Shown: positions 49,301-59,741, counted from the stretch's first letter. The stretch: 64,000 nt of DNA from Ignavibacteriales bacterium (GCA_026390575.1 JAPLFR010000016.1:534737-598736), one strand, 5' to 3'. Made by a program: numbers and translations. Notes: a model not told the origin generated them from the sequence alone.

Positions 49301-50026
49301 GTGAGCACGACCATGAACAGAATGAATGTCCATTATTTTCAGCATGTTCCCTTCGAAGGCTTGGGAAGCATAGAGCTATGGATGAAGGCGAAGCCCGCCA
49401 AAATTTCTATAACAAAATTTTATAAGGATATCACTTATCCAAGTATTCGCGAAATCGATTGGCTTATCATTATGGGCGGGCCCATGAGTGCGAATGACGA
49501 GCAAACGTATCCGTGGCTGCGAGCGGAGAAGAAATTCATTGCTGAGGCAATTGCAGACGGAAAGAATGTTCTCGGTGTGTGTCTTGGTGCCCAGTTAATC
49601 GCATGTGCCCTCGGAGCCAAAGTATATCCGAATCGGGACCGGGAAATTGGCTGGTTCCCTATTGAGTCTTTAGTACAGAGGAAAAATACAAACCTAAAAA
49701 ACATTTTTCCTTCGCATTTGGAAGTTTTTCATTGGCATGGTGAGACATTTGATCTCCCGGCACATGCTGTTCACCTTGCACGGAGCGAAGGTTGCGACAA
49801 TCAAGCTTTCTCTATCGGTGAACGTGTTTTGGGATTGCAATTTCATCTTGAAGTTACACCGCTCACTATCAAGTCGTTGACAGAACAATGTCAGAACGAT
49901 CTTGTCCCCGGACGTTATGTGCAGTCCGCTGCCGAGATGCTTTCTGTTCCTTCAAGATTTCATCGCATGAACAGCGTCATGGATTCTCTTCTTGATCATT
50001 GGAACAATTTTGAATCCAAACCATAG
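49301..50026 (+). CDS. class I glutamine amidotransferase (GMP-synthase-like)
   Basis: QHVPFEG, MGGPMS, GVCLGAQ, HWHGETF, QFHLE triad. Confidence 0.9.
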   Translation: MSTTMNRMNVHYFQHVPFEGLGSIELWMKAKPAKISITKFYKDITYPSIREIDWLIIMGGPMSANDEQTYPWLRAEKKFIAEAIADGKNVLGVCLGAQLIACALGAKVYPNRDREIGWFPIESLVQRKNTNLKNIFPSHLEVFHWHGETFDLPAHAVHLARSEGCDNQAFSIGERVLGLQFHLEVTPLTIKSLTEQCQNDLVPGRYVQSAAEMLSVPSRFHRMNSVMDSLLDHWNNFESKP

Positions 50027-50231
50027 TTGCTATGAAATCGCAACATGGTACTTTAACCATTTACCACATATTAATTATTTTTGCTTTTCTATTCTCCATT
50101 CACCGATTCGTTTCTCTTAGTTACCGAAATCGCTGAAATTATTTTCTCGTTATTATGTATGTTGGATCAACAAGATTAAAACAACTCTTGTGTAACTATA
50201 TATCATTTCACTCTTGTACCGTCTGTGGGAC

Positions 50232-50260
50232 TGTAACTTTTTCGACTCAACGTTCGTTTT
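50232..50260 (+). promoter_or_regulatory. possible ECF-sigma promoter TGTAAC-N17-CGTT
   Basis: AAC/CGT ECF-like elements about 100 bp upstream of the TonB-dependent receptor. Confidence 0.35.
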
Positions 50261-50362
50261 AGGTAACAATACCAAATGCATTTGATTCAATCCTGAACGA
50301 ACCTGCTGAATTTTTGCATTTTATTAACGTGTTTTTACTGAATCTAACATCGGCCAAAAATT

Positions 50363-52879
50363 ATGAAATCTATCGCATTTGTCATATTCGCCTGCCTTAG
50401 TGTATCCCAACTCTTCGCACAACCGTTTAAAGGTGACATCGTTGGACGTGTTTTAGATGGAAAAACTCAGGAACCCTTGCCTGTTGTCAACGTACAGATT
50501 GTGGAACAACCAACCTTTGGTACTGTCTCGGACACCTCCGGAAATTTCACTATCAAAGGAATTGAAGTCGGCACATACAGCCTCAAAGCAACTCTTGTTG
50601 GATATGAAGGTATCATTGTAACGAACATTGTGGTGTCCACCGGACGCAGCACAAAAATCTCCATCAAGCTCAACGAACAGGCGGTACAAGTTGGCGGTGT
50701 AACAGTGAACGCGACATACTTCAGCCGCAACAATGAATTAAGTCCACTGAGTGTAAATAATTATGACCGTGCCGAAGTGAAGCGTCAGCCGGGTTCGGTG
50801 CAGGATGTCCAGCGTGTCGTGCAGAATCTACCCGGTGTCGCAAGTTCAAATGACAACATGAATGAATTGATCGTTCGAGGTGGTTCTCCCAGCGAAAACC
50901 TTACTATTCTGGAATCTATGGAAATCCCCTCCATCAACCATTATCCCAATGAATTTAATTCCGCGGGTCCGATCAACATGATTAATATCGATCTCGTGGA
51001 AGATGTACAATTTTCCGCCGGCGGATTTCCGGCCCAGTATGGCGACAAAACATCTTCTGTCATGGATATCACGATTCGTGAAGGAGACAGGGAAAAAGGT
51101 TTTGCATCTAATACCGGATTCAATATGGCCGGAATTGGCACCTTAATGGAAGGGCGGTTAGCCAATGGTAGGGGCTCGTGGATCTTCTCCGCTCGTCAGA
51201 GTTTACTGGAATTTATAGATAAACTTTTTGGTATGTCCGTTATTTCGTTAACAGCTATTCCCAAATATTGGGATGCGCAAACAAAAATTGTGTACGACCT
51301 CTCTCCCAATCATAAATTGTCATTGAATGGTCTTTATGGTGACAGTAAAATCTATATCGAAGGAGATCCAAAGGAGGAAAAAACATACTTAGCAAATCAA
51401 ACATATTCATCCAGTATTGAATTTGTCGATGTCCACAGCAAGCAGTATGTTCTCGGTGTGAATTTAAAAAGTCTGTGGGGGAAAGATGGATATTCAATTC
51501 TCTCCTTATATACAAACGGTACTCAAAACAATACAGATGTCCGGGAAGATTTTATTCAGCATACCTACGGATCACAAGGCGAGGTAGTCAATTATAAAAC
51601 TCTCTCTTCTCGCGATGTATTCGATGATCATTCCGATGAAGCATTCTATGCACTGAAATATGAACTATTCTATCGCATCCATCCAAAACACGAGTTGATG
51701 ATGGGCGGTCAGATTCAGACAACTAACCATTGGACCGGCATGACAAAATTCGGCGGAGATACCATTCGATATGACAGAAATATGGACGGCCGTTTTGATA
51801 CAATAGTAACAACTTATCCTGGTTCTATCGGAACTGACTTAAAATTCGGCGATGCAAGCAGAACATATGCATATATCAGCGACAAATATCATATTACACC
51901 CGAGCTGTATATTACACTTGGATTACGGTACGATTATTTTTCCTATTCCCAACAAGGGCAAATTAGTCCTCGCGGCTGCATAGCCTATGAACTTCTTCCA
52001 ACGACAACGCTCTCGCTTGCGCTCGGACAATACTGGCAAGAACAACCACTTCCCTATTACAGTGATTATCGAAACATCGGATATAATAAACATCTTGCCA
52101 ATGCTGAAGCTGATCATATTGTGCTCGGCCTTCAGCATATTCTGGACGACGGAATAAAGTTGAGCGTGGAGACATACTATAAAAAGTTTAAGAATATTGG
52201 TGTCACGGAAAATTTTATTCGTTCTTTTCTCGATTCGACTTTTTGGTCCGATAAGAACTTTGCACTCGGTAAAAGGACTTCGTACGGTTTAGAATTTCTC
52301 CTTCAGAAAAAACAGGTTACAAATTACTATGGAACGGTCAGCGTTTCACTTTCGAAAACAGTTGATGATGATCCGCGATTGGGAAAAGAAGGCGGAACGT
52401 ATCCTTCTCAATATGATTACCCCGTCATTATCAATCTCGTCGGAGGCAAGATTGTAAAAGGAGTTCGCTCATGGCTCGACAATCAAATATTCTTTATCAA
52501 ATATCCATCGTACATTTTACCATTCTCCGACGAAATGGAAATCAGCTTTAAATATCGGTACCAGACAGGTGGCCCATATACTCCTCGAGAGCGCACTACT
52601 TTTAGACAATACCGAGAAGGGGGAGTCAAGTGGTCACAATATAGTTGGCTTGCATCGAACGATATCAACTCAGCTCGATACCCTGATTACAGTAGGTTGG
52701 ATATCGAATGGATCAGCCGGTTTTACATGCAGAATTGGAACATCAATGTGTATATCGCCCTTATGAATGTATTTGACACAAAAAATGTCTTCTTTTATAA
52801 TTACCGCAGTGATGGTACTGTTGGAGTAACATATCAGTTCGGCTTTTTCCCTGTCGGAGGTATCGAGATAGAATTTTAA
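50363..52879 (+). CDS. TonB-dependent outer-membrane receptor with N-terminal carboxypeptidase-regulatory-like domain
   Basis: G.I.GRVLD..T.EPL, plug LPGV..VRGG..EN, GGFPAQYG..SSV, C-terminal GIEIEF. Confidence 0.92.
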   Translation: MKSIAFVIFACLSVSQLFAQPFKGDIVGRVLDGKTQEPLPVVNVQIVEQPTFGTVSDTSGNFTIKGIEVGTYSLKATLVGYEGIIVTNIVVSTGRSTKISIKLNEQAVQVGGVTVNATYFSRNNELSPLSVNNYDRAEVKRQPGSVQDVQRVVQNLPGVASSNDNMNELIVRGGSPSENLTILESMEIPSINHYPNEFNSAGPINMINIDLVEDVQFSAGGFPAQYGDKTSSVMDITIREGDREKGFASNTGFNMAGIGTLMEGRLANGRGSWIFSARQSLLEFIDKLFGMSVISLTAIPKYWDAQTKIVYDLSPNHKLSLNGLYGDSKIYIEGDPKEEKTYLANQTYSSSIEFVDVHSKQYVLGVNLKSLWGKDGYSILSLYTNGTQNNTDVREDFIQHTYGSQGEVVNYKTLSSRDVFDDHSDEAFYALKYELFYRIHPKHELMMGGQIQTTNHWTGMTKFGGDTIRYDRNMDGRFDTIVTTYPGSIGTDLKFGDASRTYAYISDKYHITPELYITLGLRYDYFSYSQQGQISPRGCIAYELLPTTTLSLALGQYWQEQPLPYYSDYRNIGYNKHLANAEADHIVLGLQHILDDGIKLSVETYYKKFKNIGVTENFIRSFLDSTFWSDKNFALGKRTSYGLEFLLQKKQVTNYYGTVSVSLSKTVDDDPRLGKEGGTYPSQYDYPVIINLVGGKIVKGVRSWLDNQIFFIKYPSYILPFSDEMEISFKYRYQTGGPYTPRERTTFRQYREGGVKWSQYSWLASNDINSARYPDYSRLDIEWISRFYMQNWNINVYIALMNVFDTKNVFFYNYRSDGTVGVTYQFGFFPVGGIEIEF

Positions 52880-52990
52880 AAAAACCTATTTGACCGGGAG
52901 AACATTTCCTGCCATATTAGAGAAAATAGAAGTGATCGTGGAAAAATCGTCGGCCGCTTCATCTATAATATCATTAAACAGGAAATCGGT

Positions 52991-53788
52991 TTGCCCGGCA
53001 GAATATTTGTAATCGCAGTTCTTTTTGTGCTGTATCTCGCACCACCAACCTTTGCACAATCCGCAGTGCCGATCATGGCAGATTCCTCTCATTCTTCTCA
53101 ATTGAATATGTACATCGGCATTGGCGGTGCTGTGCTTTTGACTGCTGTGATGTTTCAGTACGATCAGCAGATTTATGACGATCTGTATAGTTGGAAGATG
53201 AACAATCCAGCGATAAAAAAGGTCAGTCCGATTATTACTGATCTTGGTGATGGATCGGTTTCGATGGGATTATTCGGAGGATTTGTCGGATATGGATTGA
53301 TCTTCAAGGATAAGAAGGCTTTTGAAGTCGGAAAAATCGGTCTTGAATCATTTCTTCTTACCGGCGTGACCGTTCAATTGTTCAAACATCTCTGCGGCCG
53401 CGAGCGCCCAAGTGCTGCAACACGTGACGGCGGATTTTGGCATGGGCCATTTTCGTATATACGTGAGCCGAAAGGAGGTAAAGGAATTTCTTCGTTCGAC
53501 GCTTTTCCGTCCGGACATACTGTAACAGGATTTGCTGCTGCCACGACTATTTCAGATTTTTACACAGAACCATGGGTTTCTTACACATGTTATTCCCTCG
53601 CTTCATTCGTTGCTATTAGCAGAGTGATGGAAAGTACACATTGGTTGAGTGATTGCTTTGTTGGAGCACTCATTGGGCACTATGGCACAAAATTGGTTGA
53701 GAAATTAAATTATGGTTCCGGCAGTATCACACTTTTACCGCAAGCAGATGAACACCAATACGGATTACTCCTTAGCGTGAAGTTTTAG
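52991..53788 (+). CDS. PAP2 family phosphatase (motifs intact)
   Basis: C1 KHLCGRERP, C2 PSGH, C3 SRVMESTHWLSD. Confidence 0.88.
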   Translation: MPGRIFVIAVLFVLYLAPPTFAQSAVPIMADSSHSSQLNMYIGIGGAVLLTAVMFQYDQQIYDDLYSWKMNNPAIKKVSPIITDLGDGSVSMGLFGGFVGYGLIFKDKKAFEVGKIGLESFLLTGVTVQLFKHLCGRERPSAATRDGGFWHGPFSYIREPKGGKGISSFDAFPSGHTVTGFAAATTISDFYTEPWVSYTCYSLASFVAISRVMESTHWLSDCFVGALIGHYGTKLVEKLNYGSGSITLLPQADEHQYGLLLSVKF

Positions 53789-53797
53789 AAGGATAGT

Positions 53798-54709
53798 ATG
53801 AAGCAATTTCTTTTTCCCGCAATTCTTTTTCTCAGTGTAGTCATCTTTAGTTCCCGCAAGAGCCAAGCACAAGAAACACAAAATTTCTCTACGCCCGATT
53901 CAATGTCCATGTTCAATAAAGTTGATTTAGAAAATGTTCAATGGTATACAATGTTTGCGAACATTCCGCGCGACTGGGAGCGCTGGTATGATGTTTCTTT
54001 CCGGAAAGAGCGCATCAATGAATGGCTTTTCATCGGAGGGCTAACGCTTGCAACGTATCTGACCGATGATATCACGTATACACCGTCAGAAAAATTTTAT
54101 CACAGTTCAACATCAGCAAAAAATCTGAGCGATTTCTGTGCGAACATCGGCGATGGCACAACGCAGTTTGCGCTTGCCGGATCATTTGGTGCTTATGGTC
54201 TCCTCTTCAAAGATCAGAAAGCGCTGCGCACAGGCAGTCAGATTGTACAGGCCGTCCTCGCCTCCGGAGCAGTCATACAAGTGCTCAAACATATTACCGG
54301 CCGCGAAAGTCCGTTTGTACGCACGACACCGTTCGGAGTGTGGAAAATTCTGCCAAATCAAATTGATTATCATCGCAGGGTACCTCAATTCGACGCGTAT
54401 CCATCCGGACATATCTGTACATCTATTGCTACCGTTATTGTCATTGCAGAAAATTATCCGGGCGCAAAATGGATTCGTCCAGCGGGATATGCATTCACCA
54501 CACTTGTTGGACTTGGTATGCTCAGCAACGGCATTCACTGGGTGAGTGATTACCCTCTCGGATTGTTCATTGGATATTATTTTGGAATGCTTGCCGCACA
54601 CCCGGAAGGAATGCCGGTCATGGATTCCGGAGATGGAAAACTAAAAGTGCATATCCTTCCAAATATCACACCACTCGGAACAGGTGTCAGCCTGACTATG
54701 AGTTTTTGA
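53798..54709 (+). CDS. PAP2 family protein (C1/C3 arginines replaced)
   Basis: KHITGRESP, PSGH, GMLSNGIHWVSD. Confidence 0.82.
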   Translation: MKQFLFPAILFLSVVIFSSRKSQAQETQNFSTPDSMSMFNKVDLENVQWYTMFANIPRDWERWYDVSFRKERINEWLFIGGLTLATYLTDDITYTPSEKFYHSSTSAKNLSDFCANIGDGTTQFALAGSFGAYGLLFKDQKALRTGSQIVQAVLASGAVIQVLKHITGRESPFVRTTPFGVWKILPNQIDYHRRVPQFDAYPSGHICTSIATVIVIAENYPGAKWIRPAGYAFTTLVGLGMLSNGIHWVSDYPLGLFIGYYFGMLAAHPEGMPVMDSGDGKLKVHILPNITPLGTGVSLTMSF

Positions 54710-54775
54710 TAGGGGAATCAAAAGGATAACATCTAACGTGAATTGAATTGATGTTACAAAAACTTTCCGTTATTA

Positions 54776-54838
54776 GCTGATAACTGATTGCTGATTACTG
54801 ATTACTTACAACTGATTACTGACTACTGACGACTGATT
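54776..54838. repeat. heptamer tandem repeat, 9 units, consensus ACTGATT
   Basis: GCTGATA ACTGATT GCTGATT ACTGATT ACTTACA ACTGATT ACTGACT ACTGACG ACTGATT. Confidence 0.85.
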
Positions 54839-54848
54839 CCTTTTTTCC

Positions 54849-55946
54849 TTACACATTAAACCGCACAAACATAACATCTCCATCTTCTATTATATAATCC
54901 CGCCCTTCAACATGAAGAAGACCAGCATCTCGAATGACAGCTTCAGAGCCGAGCCGATCCAAATCTGCACATTTAATAATTTCTGCTCGAATAAAGCCCT
55001 GTTCAAAGTCACTATGAATTTCTCCCGCCGCTTGCGGCGCGGTTACGCCTTGTTTCATAGTCCATGCGTGTACTTCTTTCGTACCGGCAGTAAAGAATGT
55101 AATCAGGTGCAATAACTCGTACCCTTCGTGGATAACCTTGCTCAATCCGGATTCCTGCAGTCCAAGTTCAGCAAGAAACGCTTGCCGGTCGCTTTCAGGC
55201 AACTGCGAGATTTCTGCTTCTACTGCCGCACTCGCAATCACAACTTTAGCATTTTCTATTGCGGCAACTTCGCGGACTTGATTCACGTACGTATTGTCGG
55301 CAGTCAATTCCTTCTCATGGACGTTGCAAAGATACATGACCGGTTTATTGGTCAGGAGGTGCATATCATGGAGATACAAAGACTCCTCCTCGCTCCTCGG
55401 CGTGATGTATCGCGCAAGTCTTCCGGCAAGCAGATGATTTTTGACCGCCGTACAAAATTCTTCTTCTGCCTTTACTTTCTTATCACCGGTTTTTGTACGC
55501 TTTTCAGCATCTGCTAGTTTTTTCTCAACGGTCTCAACATCTTTCAAAATCAATTCTGTTTCGATAACTTCAATATCGTATTTTGGATTAATCGCACCGT
55601 TGACATGAATGATATTTGGATCATCGAAACATCGGACAACATGCACGACAGCATCTACCATCCTGATATGCGAGAGGAACTGGTTGCCTAATCCTTCGCC
55701 TTTGCTTGCACCCTTCACAAGACCGGCAATATCGAGAAACTCAAGCGTTGTTGGAACAACTTTTTGCGGTGTATAAATTTCCGCTAATTGCTCCAATCGG
55801 CGATCAGGCACAGGAACTACTCCGACATTTGGGTCTATGGTACAAAATGGATAGTTGGCAACATGAGCACCAGCCGCTGTGATTGCGTTAAACAATGTTG
55901 ACTTGCCAACGTTCGGCAGTCCCACTATTCCACATGTAAATCCCAT
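54849..55946 (-). CDS. ychF: Obg-family ATPase YchF
   Basis: MGFTCGIVGLPNVGKSTLFN, NYPFCTIDPN, DIAGLV, GEGLGNQFL, TGS domain; start moved to 55946. Confidence 0.97.
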   Translation of the reverse strand: MGFTCGIVGLPNVGKSTLFNAITAAGAHVANYPFCTIDPNVGVVPVPDRRLEQLAEIYTPQKVVPTTLEFLDIAGLVKGASKGEGLGNQFLSHIRMVDAVVHVVRCFDDPNIIHVNGAINPKYDIEVIETELILKDVETVEKKLADAEKRTKTGDKKVKAEEEFCTAVKNHLLAGRLARYITPRSEEESLYLHDMHLLTNKPVMYLCNVHEKELTADNTYVNQVREVAAIENAKVVIASAAVEAEISQLPESDRQAFLAELGLQESGLSKVIHEGYELLHLITFFTAGTKEVHAWTMKQGVTAPQAAGEIHSDFEQGFIRAEIIKCADLDRLGSEAVIRDAGLLHVEGRDYIIEDGDVMFVRFNV

Positions 55947-56013
55947 GTTTTTGTTCCTCGTGACAAATAAAAGATAGCCAACGGTTTCCTGCAAACCAAG
56001 AGGGGTTCTGAAA

Positions 56014-56061
56014 TGTGAATAATTTTTCACTTGCATAATTATCCATTTTACGGTATATTCA
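56014..56061 (+). promoter_or_regulatory. ARG-box-like sites (TGAATAATTTTTCA, TGCATAATTATCCA) overlapping argC promoter TTGCAT-N17-TATATT
   Basis: Cores at 56016-56029 and 56032-56045 resemble TGMAT-W4-ATKCA; argR present in the cluster. Confidence 0.65.
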
Positions 56062-56095
56062 TACAATTCTAAAATGAATGAGGTAGAGTGAATAT

Positions 56096-57112
56096 ATGAT
56101 TTCTGTTTCTGTTGTTGGTGCATCAGGGTATTCGGGTATTGAACTTTTAAAGATCCTCGCTCGGCATCCCGGCGTGCGGATAGACAAACTCTTTGCAAAT
56201 TCTTCCGCAGGCAAACTTCTTGCCGATGTCGTACCCGTGTTCAGTAAAACATTAGACAGAGTGCTTGAGCCGTACTCTATTGATAAAATATTAAAGAACG
56301 ATCTCATTTTTGTCGCACTTCCATCAGGCGAAGCGATGAATCTTGTGCCGGCGATGCTTTCTGCAGGAAAACGGGTCATTGACCTCGGCGGCGACTTCCG
56401 CTTACAAGATACATTATTGTACGAACGGTACTATAAACGAACCCACTCCGCAAGCGCAATTTTACAACAATCTGTGTACGGATTGCCGGAATGGAATTCT
56501 CCACAGATCAAATCGGCATCTCTTATCGCTAATCCAGGGTGCTATCCAACAAGCGCCATCCTTCCGCTTGCTCCTTTGTTGAAAGAAGGCATAATTGAAC
56601 CAACTGGCATTGCTGTCAGTTCCCTCTCGGGTGTCTCCGGCGCCGGACGCAGTTCCTCAATCGAGATGTCGTTTGGTGAGGTGAACGAATCGGTACGTGC
56701 ATACAAAGTCGGCACGCATCAACACATTCCGGAAATTAAAACGGTATTGGAATCACTTTCCAACACGCAAGTGAAGTTCTCGTTTGTGCCTCATCTTCTT
56801 CCCATCACACGCGGCATTTTTACTTCATCGTATGCAACATTGAAAAAGCCCGTGCAGGAACAGACAATTCTTGCGGTCTATGAAAAATATTACGCAACAG
56901 CGCCTTTCGTTCGCTACTCGGCATCGGCAATTCCGGAGATTAAAAATGTTACGCACACCAATTTCATCGATATAGGTTTCCGTATCAATCAAGAAGATGG
57001 ACAGCTCATTGTTCTTTCTACGATCGACAATCTCATAAAAGGCGCAGCGGGACAAGCTGTGCAAAACATGAATATCATGTTTGGACTCAATGAAACAGAA
57101 GGGTTACAATAA
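56096..57112 (+). CDS. argC: N-acetyl-gamma-glutamyl-phosphate reductase
   Basis: GASGYSG, IDLGGDFRL, ANPGCYPT, SGVSGAG, IDNLIKGAAGQA. Confidence 0.97.
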   Translation: MISVSVVGASGYSGIELLKILARHPGVRIDKLFANSSAGKLLADVVPVFSKTLDRVLEPYSIDKILKNDLIFVALPSGEAMNLVPAMLSAGKRVIDLGGDFRLQDTLLYERYYKRTHSASAILQQSVYGLPEWNSPQIKSASLIANPGCYPTSAILPLAPLLKEGIIEPTGIAVSSLSGVSGAGRSSSIEMSFGEVNESVRAYKVGTHQHIPEIKTVLESLSNTQVKFSFVPHLLPITRGIFTSSYATLKKPVQEQTILAVYEKYYATAPFVRYSASAIPEIKNVTHTNFIDIGFRINQEDGQLIVLSTIDNLIKGAAGQAVQNMNIMFGLNETEGLQ

Positions 57113-58329
57113 TGGAAATTGATGCATCTCAAGAATGCACCGGCGGTGTAACAGCTGCACAAGGATTTATTGCCGGCGGAATTTATTGCGGTATTCGTAA
57201 AGCAAAAAAGGATCTCGCTATTGTGCAGTCGGAGAAACCGGCAGTGGTTGCCGGTGTTTTTACACTGAACAAGGTCGTTGCTGCACCTCTGTTGGTTGAT
57301 AAAATTCAGCTCAAGAATTCAAATATCTGCTCAGCGGTCGTTGTCAACAGCGGCAATGCCAACGCATGCACGGGTGAGCAGGGAATGCAAGACGCGTGGA
57401 CAATGGTCAATACAACCGCCGAGGTTCTTCATCTGCCGCGTGAGCAAGTGCTCGTCTCTTCCACCGGTGTCATCGGACAATATCTTCCAATGGAAAATGT
57501 CTTGAATGGCATCCACGATCTTTCAACAAAACTTACTACAGATGGAAATAAAGATGCCGCGGAAGCGATCATGACAACGGATATTTTTCCTAAGGAATGC
57601 GCTTTGCGGTATTCCATCGGTTCTTCTGTTATCACAATTGGCGGAATGGCGAAAGGTTCCGGCATGATTGCGCCGAACATGGCAACAATGCTTGCGTTTG
57701 TTACCACCGACGCTTTCATCACGCCATCAGCGTTGCAGTCGGCGCTGCGCATTGCAAACAATCATTCTTTCAATCGCATTACCGTCGATGGAGATATGAG
57801 CACGAACGACATGCTGCTCGTGCTTGCTAATGGATTAGCGAAGAACGAAGAGATTAAGGAAAACACTCCTGCGTTTTACCGGTTTCTTGCCGCACTCGAA
57901 TACGTTCTCATCAAACTTGCAAAGATGATTGCTCGCGACGGTGAAGGCGCTACAAAATTCATAGAAGTTGTCGTGAGCGGAGCGGGAACGGAAGACGAAG
58001 CTGTACGAGCTGCACGAGCTGTAGCAAATTCCAATCTCGTCAAGACTGCGCTTCACGGCGCTGATGCAAACTGGGGACGTATTCTTTGCGCTGTCGGTTA
58101 CTCCGGCATTGATTTCGATCCGGCACATGTGTCGATTGGCTTTAACAATTTGCCCGTGTTGAAACCGAATTACGAAATTGTTCTTGATGAAGAAAAGGCA
58201 AAGGCGACGCTCTCACAGGATACTGTCACAGTGCAGATTCATCTGCACCAAGGCTCTGCGGAAGCGCGCTTCTGGACGTGCGACTTAACAAAAGAATATA
58301 TTCACATCAACGCAAGTTATCGTTCATAA
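57112..58329 (+). CDS. argJ: ornithine acetyltransferase / N-acetylglutamate synthase
   Basis: NSGNANACTG, STGVIG, IMTTD, KGSGMIAPNMATML, STND, DGEGA. Confidence 0.97.
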   Translation: MEIDASQECTGGVTAAQGFIAGGIYCGIRKAKKDLAIVQSEKPAVVAGVFTLNKVVAAPLLVDKIQLKNSNICSAVVVNSGNANACTGEQGMQDAWTMVNTTAEVLHLPREQVLVSSTGVIGQYLPMENVLNGIHDLSTKLTTDGNKDAAEAIMTTDIFPKECALRYSIGSSVITIGGMAKGSGMIAPNMATMLAFVTTDAFITPSALQSALRIANNHSFNRITVDGDMSTNDMLLVLANGLAKNEEIKENTPAFYRFLAALEYVLIKLAKMIARDGEGATKFIEVVVSGAGTEDEAVRAARAVANSNLVKTALHGADANWGRILCAVGYSGIDFDPAHVSIGFNNLPVLKPNYEIVLDEEKAKATLSQDTVTVQIHLHQGSAEARFWTCDLTKEYIHINASYRS

Positions 58330-58351
58330 TTGCGAATGAACTACAATTACT

Positions 58352-58379
58352 CCTGACAACTGAAAACTGATTACTGAGA
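58352..58379. repeat. short heptamer repeat (CCTGACA ACTGAAA ACTGATT ACTGAGA)
   Basis: Same ACTGA-NN unit as 54776-54838, between argJ and argB. Confidence 0.6.
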
Positions 58380-58385
58380 ACTTGC

Positions 58386-59234
58386 ATGCCACACACCCAA
58401 ACTAAAGAAGACGTTCTTATTGAAGCGTTGCCGTACATTCAAACGTACGAAGGTAAAACATTCGTCATCAAATATGGCGGCGCGGCAATGAGAGACGAAC
58501 GACTCAAAGCCTCTTTTGCCCAGGATGTAACAATTCTCCGCAAGATCGGCATCAACATCATCATTGTGCACGGAGGTGGAAGAGATATTACCGATCTCGC
58601 TTCCGCATTGAACATTCCGACTCGTTTCGTCGACGGACAGCGTTATACCGACGAAAAAATGGTTGATGTAGTTCTCATGGTGCTGGCAGGAAAACTGAAT
58701 AAAGAAATTGTCAATCTCATCAATACAAACGGCGGCAATGCCGTTGGTCTTTGCGGTATGGATAATGGATTGCTCAAGGCACAGCGCATTACAGAAAAAG
58801 ATCTCGGTTTGGTTGGTGATGTGAGTTTTGTGAACACGGCCTTTTTAAATCTCCTTTTAAATAATGGAATGATGCCGGTCATTGCTCCCCTTGCTGTAGG
58901 AGAAGACAACAAAATACTGAACATCAATGCCGATCTGGCGGCGAGCGCCATAGCAATCGCATTGAAAGCAGAAAAACTTGTCTATCTGAGCGATATCGAA
59001 GGCGTGCTGGTGGATAAGCAGTTAATTTCATCTCTGACATATGCGGAAGCAGAATCGCTCATTGAACGCGGGGCAATTCACAGCGGAATGATTCCGAAAG
59101 TACGCTCAGCTTTTACCACGCTCGATGCTGGTGTCAATAAAGTTCACATTATTGATGGGCGCATTAAGCATTCACTTCTTCTGGAAATTTTCACCGACGA
59201 AGGTGTCGGGACCCAAATGATACATCCATCATAG
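58386..59234 (+). CDS. argB: acetylglutamate kinase
   Basis: EALPYI, VIKYGG, VHGGG, NINAD, GMIPKV, EIFTDEGVGT. Confidence 0.97.
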   Translation: MPHTQTKEDVLIEALPYIQTYEGKTFVIKYGGAAMRDERLKASFAQDVTILRKIGINIIIVHGGGRDITDLASALNIPTRFVDGQRYTDEKMVDVVLMVLAGKLNKEIVNLINTNGGNAVGLCGMDNGLLKAQRITEKDLGLVGDVSFVNTAFLNLLLNNGMMPVIAPLAVGEDNKILNINADLAASAIAIALKAEKLVYLSDIEGVLVDKQLISSLTYAEAESLIERGAIHSGMIPKVRSAFTTLDAGVNKVHIIDGRIKHSLLLEIFTDEGVGTQMIHPS

Positions 59235-59245
59235 GGAATACGAAT

Positions 59246-59701
59246 ATGGAAAAACAGCGACGTCATCTTACAATCAAACAAATTCTCGCCAGCCGTACAA
59301 TAACGACGCAAAGCGAATTGGCATCCGCGATGCGGAAGGAAGGTTTTAAGACTACGCAAGCGACTCTCTCGCGAGACATGAAAGAGCTTGGCATTGCATG
59401 GGTCTATACACCGAGCGGCGCAAAATATATGCTCAGCCCGGAACAGGAAGAAGAACGTATGACCACGCTCATCGGTTTTGAAATTGAACAGATTGATGCA
59501 AATGAAAGCATTGTAGTCATTAAGACTCTGCCCGGTCGGGCACAGGGTGTTGCAGAAATAATAGACCATCTTCGTCTCCCATCTGTTCTTGGTACGCTTG
59601 CAGGCGACAACACAGTATTTATTCTTCCGCGTTCGATTAAGAAGATCAAAGAAACCATCAGTGCGCTTCGCGGCGTTCTTGAAAAAAACAAACAAGTATA
59701 A
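59246..59701 (+). CDS. argR: arginine repressor
   Basis: TQSEL, TQATLSRD, KTLPG.A, GTLAGDNT. Confidence 0.96.
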   Translation: MEKQRRHLTIKQILASRTITTQSELASAMRKEGFKTTQATLSRDMKELGIAWVYTPSGAKYMLSPEQEEERMTTLIGFEIEQIDANESIVVIKTLPGRAQGVAEIIDHLRLPSVLGTLAGDNTVFILPRSIKKIKETISALRGVLEKNKQV

Positions 59702-59741
59702 ACACAGGCCTTACTCTTGAAATAAAATTGAATAATGAGCA

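Noticed and set aside
55947..56198. 84-aa N-terminal extension of YchF in the ORF track
   Set aside because: Overlaps argC and its promoter; the family N-terminus begins at MGFTCG (55946).
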